A stretch of DNA of 60,726 nucleotides, the filler included, from Squatina squatina (taxonomy: Eukaryota): assembly GCA_031763465.1 (NCBI GenBank). It is 3 parts of 3 records of this genome, joined end to end, with 100 filler letters (N's around TTAATTAATTAA, not from the genome) between each part and the next. Parts side by side here need not be neighbours in the genome. Positions count along the whole stretch, not along the records: positions 17,038 to 40,864 come from JARFOE010000194.1; 2 more parts are not named here. One strand, 5' to 3'. A program made the translations under genes and the position numbers. Shown here piece after piece: positions 25,779 to 38,000 of the stretch. Each line of letters begins with the position of its first letter. The first letter of the stretch is position 1. The notes under the pieces were generated by a model. That model was not told the DNA's origin and searched no databases. It saw only the letters and a list, made by a program, of their open reading frames with translations.

Positions 25779-25891
25779 GGGGTGAAACTGACCTTGCGGA
25801 TCAACCGTCCGTTACAGAAACCATCCACTGTGGAAATGAAAATCAGGTGGTTTCTTTAACAGGTAACCGATCCACAATGCCAGTTTACCCC
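25779..25891. mobile_element. Small foldback/MITE-like imperfect inverted repeat
   Basis: GGGGTGAAACTGACCTTGCGGATC..TTACAGAAACCA pairs with TGGTTTCTTTAAC..GATCCACAATGCCAGTTTACCCC; arms ~45 bp. Confidence 0.55.
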
Positions 25892-26469
25892 AGGCAACAG
25901 GCCCTTTACATGTTATTTTAATCAAGTTGTTAACCCATTCATTTTAAATAACATTAACTGATGGACTCAAAATAGCACATAAGAAATTCAATCCAAAAAT
26001 GAGGACATTGATTAAATCATTGATGTCCCCACCAAAAACCTATAAAAGGCAGAATGTTTCAAAATAACTGATAAACAAGTGGCTCAATTACAAACTTTGA
26101 TATTTAACCATATGCAAAATGTTCATTGCTCTATTCAACTACTCTACATGCAAATATTGTTGTGCTGATCCATCTTTCTGTCTCATACTACAAGCTGCTG
26201 TCAGAAATGTCTTGAATAAGATTCCTTGTACTACCGGAAAGGTTAATTCAGTGTAAGAAATCCGAAGTATATGGCTGTAACAGTAATTGTCTTCTGTTAA
26301 TTTCATATCATCCTTGTGCTGTTATCTGGCATCTTACATCATCAATAATACTGGCAACACCATATTAAATTCAGAATTTTTTTTTCTTAGAAGTAAGCAA
26401 TATATATATATATATATATACCCACACACAATTACATAAAATGTATCAGGGTTTTTAAATTTTGTGGCA

Positions 26470-26884
26470 CCCAATTGGTCCGTTAGTGCAGGCACAGAAT
26501 GAGTGCTAAACGGGCGCGAGGGGTGTAATGCCCGTTTCTGGCGCTGAGGGGCTCCGATGCAGAATTCGAGTCAGAGCAACAACGGTGCCAAATGGGCGCT
26601 TGCACAGGAGCACTGGAAACTTGGCGTCGGGTGTTGGATGGAGTCCATGACGTCATCAAGCGGCGCGACGCCAAAAATGGCCATCCCAGAGACAATTCGC
26701 TAACGCTGCAAACCTGAAAAAATAGCGGTGCCCGCGCCTGTTTGTTCGGGCAGTGACACACTCCCGGGATTTTTGGCGCTATTTAAAGGGGTAGGTGGGT
26801 CCACCATGTTGTTTGCAGAAATCGCATTGGTGACGGTTCAATCAGACTGGAGGCGTTGTCTGCAAGTTGGGAGGTCCATTCCCC
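26470..26884 (+). mobile_element. Harbinger-like DNA transposon 5' region (CpG-rich)
   Basis: Shares GCTAAACGGGCGC.AGGGGT and TTGGCGTCGGGTG..CCATGACGTCATCAA..GCCAAAATGGCC with 34880-35080. TATTTAAAGGG box as in the 14508 copy. Confidence 0.5.
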
Positions 26885-26984
26885 NNNNNNNNNNNNNNNN
26901 NNNNNNNNNNNNNNNNNNNNNNNNNNNNNNNNNNNNNNNNNNNNNNNNNNNNNNNNNNNNNNNNNNNNNNNNNNNNNNNNNNNN

Positions 26985-27462
26985 AGCATCGAGGCACTGA
27001 CCAGGCTCAATCAGCTGCGATGGGCAGGCCACATCATCCATATGCCTGACACGAGACTCCCAAAACAAGCACTCTTCTCCGAGCTCCATCACAGCAAGCG
27101 ATTACCTGGAGGGCAGAGAAAATGCTTCAGGAACATCCTCAAAGCCCCCCTGAAAAAATGTAACATCCCCAGCGACTCATGGGAATCCCTGACCCAAGAC
27201 AGCCCGAACTGGAAGAGAAGCATCCATGAAGGCGATCGCTTCGAGCATCTTCGACGGGAGCATGTGGAGGCCAAGCACAAACAGCGGAAGGAGCATGCGA
27301 CAATCCAAGCATCCCACCCACTCGCTCCTTCAAACACCACCTACCCAATTGTGGCAGAGCTTGTGGATCCCGTATGGGACTCATTAGTCACCTCAGAACC
27401 CACAATACTGAAGTGGAAGCAAGTCAACCTCAACCCCGAGGGACTGCCTAAAAAAAGAAGAA
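26985..27462 (+). mobile_element. RTE-clade LINE 3' end
   Basis: SIEAL..QLRWAGHIIHMPDTRLPKQALFSEL..GGQRKCF..LK..LKKCNI...WESL, with a GAGGGACTGCCTAAAAAAAGAAGAA tail typical of RTE elements. Confidence 0.9.
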
Positions 27463-28086
27463 TCTGTTGGAGGACAGATTGCTGGACTGCTAGGACACCC
27501 TGAAAGCCCCTTTGAACATTGGTACCAGCAGCCATGGTGGCAGTAGTATGCGCTTGCATGGCAGCATGCTGAGCTTGCATGGCAGCACTCAGATTTTTGG
27601 TGGAAGCTGCTTGTGCTGCAATGGAAGCTGAGCCATCGGCCACCAGATACTGCATCATGGTTGGTTCCACAAGTGTGCTAATGGAATTGGCCACCAGTTC
27701 TGTGCTGGAAAGGATGGGGTCCAAGCAATGCGCAAAGCCCAGTGCCAGGTTGGAAAACCTTTGACCCTGCTCTGTCCCATGTTGTGCCATTCATCACTGT
27801 TTCCCAGGTCGCATTCACTTCCTGGATGACTCCCAGCACCTGCTCCAGTCACAATACTCCTCCCCTTTAAGAGGTGCAGGCTTGCTTTAAGTAGTGCTAG
27901 TAAGTTATGATTTTGGGCCCCCTGCTGATGCATACAGCCAATTAACAGTGCAGTTAGCACTGGCTGCATGTAGAAATAATGCTAATGCGCAGGCAGCACG
28001 AAGATGGCGTGCTGCCTGCATTTCAAACAACGAGCGCAGGTTCGATCCCTGCACCCGTTTTCATGGGCTATTCACTTTAGCCCCCA
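27463..28086 (-). mobile_element. Probable Harbinger second-ORF (Myb/SANT-partner, coiled-coil C-terminus) fragment and element end
   Basis: Ala/Gln-rich helical peptide LALGFAHCLDPILSS..SASIAAQ..QRGFQGVLAVQQSVLQQI, cut by the RTE. Terminal ..TTTAGCCCCC. 12-bp hairpin GCAGGCAGCACG/CGTGCTGCCTGC at 27989-28019. Confidence 0.45.
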
Positions 28087-28862
28087 ACTACTTTGGTGTA
28101 CGAGTAGAGTCATATATAGGCCAGAACAGGTAAGGACGGCAGGTTTTCTCCCCTAACATACAATAGTAAACCAGTTGGGTTGATATGATAATCATATAGC
28201 TTTTAAAAAAACACACAGAATGTGCTGAAGGTCCAGAGTACACTGCGTTGAAAGATCTGCAATACATTTACCGTCGCACGTGACACTAAATTGACACTAA
28301 AAATAGGTAAGTGAAACAGTCCTCAACATATTTTATGCAGCAACATTCATGATGAGCAACAGTCAGCACCATTACTTATTCTCGCAGGGAAATCACAAAT
28401 AACTGGGACAATTACTACAACGACTAAAATACCACAATAAGTCACTTAGAGCTTCACACAACCACCCTGAGCGTACAATGTAAAGACATTACAGTGGCAG
28501 CTTTACATAATTTCCAAAATGTGACAGTGCTCAGACCTTTTCTCCTGATTTTTTCCCTCCTCACTTACTTACAGTGAGCTAATATTTTGTCATGTCACTG
28601 AAGGAATCTTATTTGACACACTTGTCGGTGAGTATTTATTGAAGGAATTCTGAAAGCAGAAAAAGGAAAGTAAAATGGAAGGCAGGCTCTGCAGCAGTTA
28701 CTAATAGTGACCTCCCCTCTTCCCCCCCCCCCCATTGCCACCCGCAAGCCCCCCCCCGGGCTNNNNNNNNNNNNNNNNNNNNNNNNNNNNNNNNNNNNNN
28801 NNNNNNNNNNNNNNNNNNNNNNNNNNNNNNNNNNNNNNNNNNNNNNNNNNNNNNNNNNNNNN

Positions 28863-30002
28863 GCGAATGGGAGAGATTAGCACGCAGCTGCTCGAATGAA
28901 TGCGAATGGGAGAGTTTGGCAACGCGAAAGGGAGAGTTTGAAAAGAAAGTACTTGAATTAATGCAAATGGGAGAGCCTGACACTGCGAATGAGAGAGTTT
29001 GGCAAGAAACTGCTCTCCGGAATGCGAATCAGAGAGTTTGGCAAGAAACAACTCGAGTGAGTGTGAATGGGAGAGTTTGATGCTACGAATGCGAGAGGTT
29101 GGCAAGGAACTACTTGAATGATTGCAAATGGGAGAGTTTGGCCAGAAAGGTCTTGAATTAATGCGAATGGGAGAGATTGGCAAGAAACTACTCGAGTGAG
29201 AGTGAATGGGAGAGTTTGATGCTGCGAATACGAGAGTTTGGCAAGAAACTACTTGAATGAATGCAAATGGGAGAGGTTGGCCAGAAAGATCTTGAATGAA
29301 CGCGAATAGGAGAGATTGGCAAGAAACTACTCGAATGCATGGGAATGGGAGAGTTTGATAATGCGAGTTGTAGAGATTGGCAAGAAACTACTCGAATGAA
29401 AGCGAATGCGAGAGTCTTGCAAGAAACTGCTCGAATCAATGCTCATGGCAGAGTCTGGCAAGAAACTACTCGAATGAATGCAAATGGGAAAGTTTGGCAA
29501 GAAACTACTCAAATGAATGCGAATGGGAGAGTTTGGCAAGAAACTATTCGAATCAGTGCGAATGGGAGAGATTGATGCTCGGAATACGAGAGTTTGGCAA
29601 GAACCTACTTGAATGAATCTGAATGGGAGAGTTTGGCTGGAAACTACTCGACGGAATGCGAATCGGAGTGTTTGGCAACAAACTACTCGAATGAATGCGA
29701 ATGGGCGAGTTTGTCAACAAACTACTCAAATGAATGCGAATGGGTGAGATTGGCAAGAAGCTGCTCGAATAAATGCGAATGGGAGAGCTGGGCAACGCGA
29801 AAGGGAGAGTTTGAAAAGAAAGTACTGGATTGAATGCAAATGGGAGAGCCTGACACTGCGAATGAGAGAGTTTGGCAAGAAACTGCTCTACGGAATGCGA
29901 ATCAGAGAGTTTGGCAAGAAACTACTCGAGTGAGTGTGAATGGGAGAGTTTGATGCTACAAATGCGAGAGGTTGGCAAGTAACTTCTTGAATGATTGCAA
30001 AT
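28863..30002. repeat. Satellite of ~39-bp monomers (GAATGAATGCGAATGGGAGAGTTTGGCAAGAAACTACTC) interspersed with ~20-bp half units
   Basis: Direct tandem repetition visible. 28888-29129 recurs almost identically at 29761-30002 (offset 873). Confidence 0.92.
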
Positions 30003-31940
30003 CTCAGCAGTCCGCTATTAGAGACAAAAGTGCTTTGACAGGAAAGTACAGATATGATAACATTTTCAGCCAAGTGAGTAGGAGGTGTGCAATGCAATGT
30101 GGCAATGGTTGATAAGTGGGTTTATCCCACATTAACACTCATGAGAAATGACAGAATAGTTTTTTAAAAAAATGCAATCCACAAATAATCTATATTGCAG
30201 CTTCGGCAAATACATCTTGGTCACCCTCGTTTTTTTCTCTCCTTCCAGATTGCACATCCTATGAACTACAATTACCATGATGATAAAGGGTTTTGTGCGT
30301 CATCTGCCTGTGTGAATCATTATACCCAGGTAATTATCATGAGAATTATAATTTACGTGGAGGCAGTAGAAGAATAGTGTGTGGGTGGTGTGAGTGTGAG
30401 CACAAAGTGGGAAGGATGGCACATATAGAGGATACACTGTGTACGTGTCAAGCAAGTGACTGTGCTGTCAGATTTTATCTGAAGTCTCTTTGAGCCATTC
30501 AATTTATTCTCTCTTCACTCTTAGCATTAAATTCTGTATAGGTAAATGCTGCAGAATCACATTTTCTGAGTCTTTCTTCAGGTCTGTATTGAAAGTGAAG
30601 TTACAAATGCATTGTGAGCGTTGGCACTCTCTCAATCATTCCCTTAACTAGTTTATTTAAATATGAGGAGAATATTGTCACTGACGGCAGTCCCAGTTTC
30701 CAAATGACGACTGGCTGCTTGGTTGCTTTCAGGCCTGCTTTAAATTGAAGTGACCATGTGGATCATTAGCAGAGATCAGTTTTGATATGGCACAATGCAG
30801 AAAGACATCAATGCCCTGAACACATACTACAGTTAGTGATGGAGAATCTACTTTTCTATTCGACTGCTAGATGTTTGCTTAATGCAGGTAAAAAGACTCT
30901 TTCTGTCAATCGTTTCCCTGCACTCCTGGTTACAGAACAGCTTTTCCACAGATAGCTCTGCTGCCTTTTACATAGCATTCTAGCATTGATAGCAATTGGC
31001 TGAATTTTATCACTAATATTTCTCTTGTCAGTCATTCAGTGCTACAGCCCTTCAGCAAATTAGTGAAAATGGCTTGGAGATGGAAACTTTTCATCTTAAT
31101 GAAGACTAACGTAAAATATAGANNNNNNNNNNNNNNNNNNNNNNNNNNNNNNNNNNNNNNNNNNNNNNNNNNNNNNNNNNNNNNNNNNNNNNNNNNNNNN
31201 NNNNNNNNNNNNNNNNNNNNNNNNNNNNNNNNNNNNNNNNNNNNNNNNNNNNNNNNNNNNNNNNNNNNNNNNNNNNNNNNNNNNNNNNNNNNNNNNNNNN
31301 NNNNNNNNNNNNNNNNNNNNNNNNNNNNNNNNNNNNNNNNNNNNNNNNNNNNNNNNNNNNNNNNNNNNNNNNNNNNNNNNNNNNNNNNNNNNNNNNNNNN
31401 NNNNNNNNNNNNNNNNNNNNNNNNNNNNNNNNNNNNNNNNNNNNNNNNNNNNNNNNNNNNNNNNNNNNNNNNNNNNNNNNNNNNNNNNNNNNNNNNNNNN
31501 NNNNNNNNNNNNNNNNNNNNNNNNNNNNNNNNNNNNNNNNNNNNNNNNNNNNNNNNNNNNNNNNNNNNNNNNNNNNNNNNNNNNNNNNNNNNNNNNNNNN
31601 NNNNNNNNNNNNNNNNNNNNNNNNNNNNNNNNNNNNNNNNNNNNNNNNNNNNNNNNNNNNNNNNNNNNNNNNNNNNNNNNNNNNNNNNNNNNNNNNNNNN
31701 NNNNNNNNNNNNNNNNNNNNNNNNNNNNNNNNNNNNNNNNNNNNNNNNNNNNNNNNNNNNNNNNNNNNNNNNNNNNNNNNNNNNNNNNNNNNNNNNNNNN
31801 NNNNNNNNNNNNNNNNNNNNNNNNNNNNNNNNNNNNNNNNNNNNNNNNNNNNNNNNNNNNNNNNNNNNNNNNNNNNNNNNNNNNNNNNNNNNNNNNNNNN
31901 NNNNNNNNNNNNNNNNNNNNNNNNNNNNNNNNNNNNNNNN

Positions 31941-32349
31941 CTGGCCCAATGCCGCTGGACCACTAGGGAGCCAGGTCCAGGGACTGAAAAATGCTGGCAT
32001 GCCAGAGAGTGTGCTGGCGAATGGGGCCAGTGGCAATGGCAGCTGTTCGGCCGCCAGTCTTTGGCCGACAATGAAGTCGGCTGATGGAAAAACATGGCAG
32101 CCGGTGGCGCTGTCACCGCGCCTTTAAGCGGCCTTGGCAATGACAGGTAAACCCTGTCGTTGCCAATGCTGCGGGGTTCGCCAGCATCGCAGAGGGGGGT
32201 CATGGGCCAGTGTTCTGGGGTCGTCGCGTGACCTCATGATGTTGCGCGCCTTACCCCAGTGCCAATGGCGTCCCCGGCGAGGCGGCCTTAGGCCCATTAC
32301 ACACTGTTAAGCGCTACTGCGGGTCTAAAGCAGGTCAATTGGGGCCCCT
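31941..32349. mobile_element. CpG-rich non-autonomous DNA-transposon-like repeat end
   Basis: Abrupt GC/CpG-rich block ending CAATTGGGGCCCC, then returning to AT-rich DNA; no recognisable ORF. Confidence 0.35.
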
Positions 32350-33555
32350 ATATATTTTCTTTCCATTAAACCCATGAAACATTGTACATGATTTAAAGGT
32401 GGCTGACAAAAATCTGGGCCGTGTTCTGGACATACATGTTACTGTATTTTTACATATTATTCAAAGTGTATTCAAAGTTAGCCTAGCTTGACAAAATTTC
32501 CATCAGAAAATAAATAGTTTCACTTATTTATAAGCTGTGCAGAATGTTTGAATCCCTGAAATCACAGGTATTTTCAATATATTTCGTCTTATAGGCACAA
32601 CATTTACACATTGTGAATGGAGATTGTTTTGAGAAGGGACTGAGTGATAAGATTTCATTAATGTTAATACTCACAAAATGAGCACAGACAGAAGCCGCAG
32701 TTGTAGGCCAAAGGCCTTTCTCCGACACCATGAACCTGGTAAATGCGACACTAGGAATAAGCTGGTATCAGACATTTTAGTTCAAATTAACACACTGGAC
32801 TAAACTCATTTTCAAATCATTTCAGCTGGCTGCTACCAGCTACAATGAACTTGTGCTCCGATTTTCTACAATATGTTATTAGCTTGCAATTGCACAAGGC
32901 TTAATGTTCATTTATGTAGTTGAACTGTAACCATGACAACACCATTTATAAAGAATATCAGTTAAGTCTGCTGCTGTATCATCTGTTCATCTGTTTGGCA
33001 CTGAAAGTACAGACTGTGACTAATGGTAGAAGTGCAGCTTCACATTCACAAGAAATTCCAAATAATTTGAAATGATGTGCTTCTCAGACCCAATTACAGA
33101 TTTTTTTTCATGTCAGGCTCATTTTAATTTTAATTCCCTTTCTTATTTGTGCCCCCACCTCATTTTACAATTACTTGTTTCTTTACAACTACCCTCTTGT
33201 ACAGCATGAGTCACTCACTTGCTAAATGTGTAGGCGGCTGACCTGCTCCCCAGCCTCTGCCATTGCTACCTTTCGATCTAAGAGATCTATAAGCCTATTT
33301 CGCTCTTTTCGAGTGTGCAAGGATCCCCCAGTGATAGAAGAGACTCACCATTCACAGTGGGGTTGACAACAACTAGCACATTATACAATAGATCTTGTCT
33401 GTGAGAGAAGGCACAATTCTGTCACATCCTCCCCGCTAAGCTTCAGCTTCCTTTGGCACTTAGAGGTAGAAGTAGAGCTAAAATTAAAGAGATACCCATA
33501 ATAAGGAGCACACATCACAAAAAGGTGACCCTTTACGTTAAATACACATGCCCTA

Positions 33556-33641
33556 AAACATAGAAACATAGACATAGAAAATAGGTGCAGGAGTAGGCCA
33601 TTCGGCCCTTCGAGCCTGCACCGCCATTCAACACGATCATG
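33556..33641 (-). mobile_element. Shark-type CR1/HER1 3' tail
   Basis: AAACATAG-repeat tail followed by AAAATAGGTGCAGGAGTAGGCCATTCGGCCCTTCGAGCCTGCACCGCCATTCA. Confidence 0.8.
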
Positions 33642-33741
33642 NNNNNNNNNNNNNNNNNNNNNNNNNNNNNNNNNNNNNNNNNNNNNNNNNNNNNNNNNNN
33701 NNNNNNNNNNNNNNNNNNNNNNNNNNNNNNNNNNNNNNNNN

Positions 33742-34065
33742 ATGGCTCAACTGGTAAATATACTGCCCATTGTGGAACTGAACCATTCAAGGATTAATCC
33801 ATAATCTGTGCTGGGTTAGCTAATGTCAACTGCATATCAATAGGGATAATGCAATTTACCTCAGCACCAATGGAGGGGAAAATATACTTGAGTTCCTGTG
33901 CCTGATTGGTTTTCAGTGAGGTGCGTGTGTGGACTTAAGGCAAAGCTATAATTCCCCCACTATAGAACAGCCTTCCAACACTCACTGTCTAGGCTCACAG
34001 ATAAAGAGTTATCATTCTAAGCAAGATACTGAGCTGATGCCCATGGAACTGCCCCCACCCCTCCC
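33742..34065 (+). mobile_element. Old tRNA-derived SINE
   Basis: Starts with A-box-like TGGCTCAACTGG. Its 3' part (CTCACTGTCTAGGCTCACA..CCCATGGAAC) has a diverged inverted copy at ~5395-5480. Confidence 0.45.
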
Positions 34066-34879
34066 CAGAACAAGTGAGGACCATTAGCAAAGGAGCACAG
34101 ATATTTGGTGGGGGACGTGCGGGTAGCGGTGGGGCGGCGACGGGGAGGGCAAAAGAAAGCTTCCATTATATAACTTAGAGAGAGAGGCCAGGGGGATAAA
34201 AACATAATAAAAATGTGCCCAATAAAATAACGGAATGACCCTCCAGGTCAAATCATACCTGCCCTGGGGCAAAAAGCTTAAACTTTGCTTTTACTCATGA
34301 CACCATCCAACTGCTGTGAGTCAAAAAAAAGGGAATACTTGCCTCGCCAAATCTATTAAATAGCATTGTTGCTCCATAAATCTGCCACAATGACTTATTT
34401 GCTGGCTTTTAATATTTTAACTAATCTTTTCTACCCTTTCTAAATGAATGTCAAGTTACATCATTCAGTTATTGATGCGCCAGGGATTAAAATGCATTCG
34501 TAATATGCCCAGTACATCAGGAATCATTACAATAAAACAAAACATGGATATGACATGTTATGAGAACATCATGTTTTAATTAATATTCTATGAATGAACT
34601 CAAAGTGCAGCATTACTTTGATCCAAACTTTTGGTGTGCTGAGGCATTACATTAGCTCTAAATGTACTGGTCTTGTTGGTGAACTAACAGGGTCACCTGG
34701 GAACACAAATGGATTATTGCTTTTTTCATTTACCATCATTCTATTCCCAGGCACCAGTGATTTCTTGCTGGTAACAGTTATGAATCCTGCTGGGGTACCC
34801 TGACTCATTCCTAAATTGACATAACTCTGCACTAGTTTTCTGGAAATTATCTCCTTGTATTTGCAGAGGAATAATTCGT

Positions 34880-35080
34880 CAGAATGAAAACAATGCAGGC
34901 GCCCAATTGCTCTGCCAGCGCAAGTGCAAAATAAGCGCTAAACGGGCGCAAGGGGTCTAACGCACTAGATCCTTGGCGTCGGGTGGCCTCCATGACGTCA
35001 TCAATAGGCGCAGTGCCAAAATGGCCGCCTGACAATGAATTGGCTTCCGTTTAAAACCTTTAAAAGTAGCGGCGACACCG
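34880..35080 (+). mobile_element. Second copy of the 26470-type DNA transposon 5' region
   Basis: Shared motifs with 26490-26760, including the TGACGTCA palindrome. Confidence 0.5.
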
Positions 35081-38000
35081 NNNNNNNNNNNNNNNNNNNN
35101 NNNNNNNNNNNNNNNNNNNNNNNNNNNNNNNNNNNNNNNNNNNNNNNNNNNNNNNNNNNNNNNNNNNNNNNNNNNNNNNNATGTTTCTATGTTTTTCTCA
35201 CACTGGCATTACATTTACCATCGAGCCAACAGAGCACTTTAAACTGAATCTTATCTATGTTTTGCATTTATAATAAATCTTATTTATTTATTATCTCTGA
35301 ATGGATGTGCAGAGCTTAACTTTTAAAGCCACATCAGCGGCGTGTTCTAAATATATAATTCTGACAATCAGAAGCAAAACCTGCATCAAGTACTCCTTCA
35401 GTTGTCATAGTAACGTCAAAACATCTGCTACTGTTAGAGGCTCCATGCTTCAATTATTCTTAGGATTTTAAAAAGTGAAATGAATAATAATGTAATATAT
35501 TAAAATATTTTNNNNNNNNNNCCTGCTTAATTCTTATATGAAGCCCTGTCACTTTAAATTATGCAGAATGGTAAATCATCACATTCCTCCTCAAATGGTA
35601 ACAACTGTTTCATAACCAAGATATTTGCATGTTTTACTTAGAGGAAAATAATCTCCCTCCCACTCACTCCTACAGTTCCTAATAAATTGGCGTTGAATGA
35701 ATGACATATGTACACTAATAGATGGGTAGGAGTCAGTCACAGCAGTTTGCATATTCACAAGGTTCAGAAGATGTCAAAAACCAAAGATGTCGAAGCTTAG
35801 AGGTTTGCAAATGTCACTTGAACCCAAAGTGTATATGTGTGTATCTATGACTAATTTTGACACTGATATTTTCATAATACCATATAGATGAGTGAGAATT
35901 TGGCTTTCGCTTTTATTTCAGGGTTTCTGAACTTCAAGGGAGCCATTGAATCTGAACTACCATAAGGAATATATATTCAGGCAGGCAGCTTGTGCTGGAT
36001 CTGTAAAAATGCACAGCCCTCCCCTCCTCCACCCCGTGTTTGGTAACTAACTGGAATGAGTTTCGACAGTTTATCTTTCAGTGTATTGACATGGTTCAAT
36101 TTGCACCAGGGACTGACTGTTCGAGAGGATTTGTTATAATGCAGTAAAGCCAGGTGAGGTAAGGGTATGACTGCAAGTTTTGCATTTGGATACCCAGTTC
36201 ATGCCTGGTGCAGACACATATTGGTGACACACAACAATAACTACCATTAGTGTTTGCCTCAGATGGGTATAAGGAAGCGAGTTTCACTCTGTTTGCTCAG
36301 CTGTCTTGACGTGGAAATGCTTTCCAGCTGCTCAAGCCTAATGCAGTCAAATGGATGTCGTAATTGAATGAGTGAAGTGCTTGCCAGGCTGATAATGGTG
36401 CTGGAGGAGGAAAGGTGTATTATAGAGCCTCGTTCAAGCCCGATGAGAATACATGACGCCTTACTGGCTCAGTGTTGGATGTTCTTCTCAGTATTTTTCT
36501 CAAGCCAGAAGTTTGTCAAAGGAAAAGATTCATGAGTGTGTGTGGCAAAATTAAAGTAATAGGTGTTAAAATTCATTGCTGAGGGAGGGTATAAATGGGA
36601 AATTGAGCCTTTGGGTGGCCCACAGTTTCTGATGGGGCTGAGTTACGCGGGTTTGCACTCGAGAAGCCCCCCAGTATAAATTATTTAATCTCATGGCAGG
36701 CTGAAGAAATGCCCCTCCCCGCCCCTGATAGTCATAGCCCCACAAAAGTGACAGAGTTAGGATGGGATGATGTCACCTGTCCTAAACTCCGTGACCTCTG
36801 CCTTCTCACTTGTCCTTAAGAACGTGTGTCACAGTTTGCCAGGACCAGTCCATCAAGGTGGAAGTATTTGTTTAAAAGATGTACTGCTCAACTGAGATTG
36901 CCTGTGGAAACCTTTGCTACATCTAGGGATACACTGAGGTTTTGGTCGGTCGTACTTGGGAAGCCTTCCCCTACATGCTGCATTATTTCAGAGACGTCTC
37001 TCCTTGTGCCAGCAGCACTTCCACATCTGCCTCCGAAAGGTTCGATGCTTGCCTTATTCCTACTTTAGCACCAGCCGTGTCAATCCCTGTTCTGAGAATG
37101 TGCTCAGCCCTTTAACTGCTCGGAAATCTTAACGGAAAGACGTTGTGCCCTTACTCTGCCTACTCACTGAATTCTCCAGGCTCTGCCAATCTATCAGACC
37201 CTCTGGTAGTGGACCTCCATTATNNNNNNNNNNNNNNNNNNNNNNNNNNNNNNNNNNNNNNNNNNNNNNNNNNNNNNNNNNNNNNNNNNNNNNNNNNNNN
37301 NNNNNNNNNNNNNNNNNNNNNNNCTTCAGCTAGCCTCTTAGGTTGAATCCTGACTGTCATGCTTGACTCTGAGTTAAATCTCACTTCCTGTTCATCACCA
37401 AGACCACTTACTTCTGTCTCTGCAACATTGCCTGTGTCGGCCCCTCCTGTCTATCCACTGCTGAATAGCTGACTCGGTGGCCATACTCCTTATGTCTATT
37501 TGTGAAGCACCTTGGAATCTTTCTTTACATTAAGGATGTTATATGAATACAATTTGTCTTAGAGTGATGCTTAAAAAGCAACCAGTGGAAAAATAAAGCA
37601 TCTGTACTCCTTAGATTCCAGAGCTTTTTATTGCAGCAGTTTCCTTGACCAGTTTTCCTCTTCACTCGTACATCTGCACAAGTGCTCCCAAGAGTAGCAT
37701 AATGCCTTTGCAGGGAGTAAGATTTGCCTTGTAATTACTTTTTCCTTGCAGCTTCTGTGCAGGAGGTAAATGTGCATTAAATAATCAATGCTTCAGAGTG
37801 TCCTTTGTTGGAATGGTGGCCATCAGCTGATTGAAGCATCTGGCTGCTCCCCGTGTTTTAATTGGTCATACAGGGTGAATTTTGTGAATTTGTTCTGAGC
37901 TGGGAGCTCATATCGGAAATTTAGGTCTGCAGATCAGTAGACTTAAGAGGATTTTCTGTTGATGAACATTCTTCATTTTAATGAATGGACAACTGCGCAG

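Noticed and set aside
28863-30002. CRISPR-like array
   Set aside because: No unique spacers, the units are contiguous diverged monomers, there are no cas genes, and the context is vertebrate.
31032-32203. 330-365-aa ORFs
   Set aside because: Almost entirely N gap; the same applies to 58944-59891 and 45529-46836.
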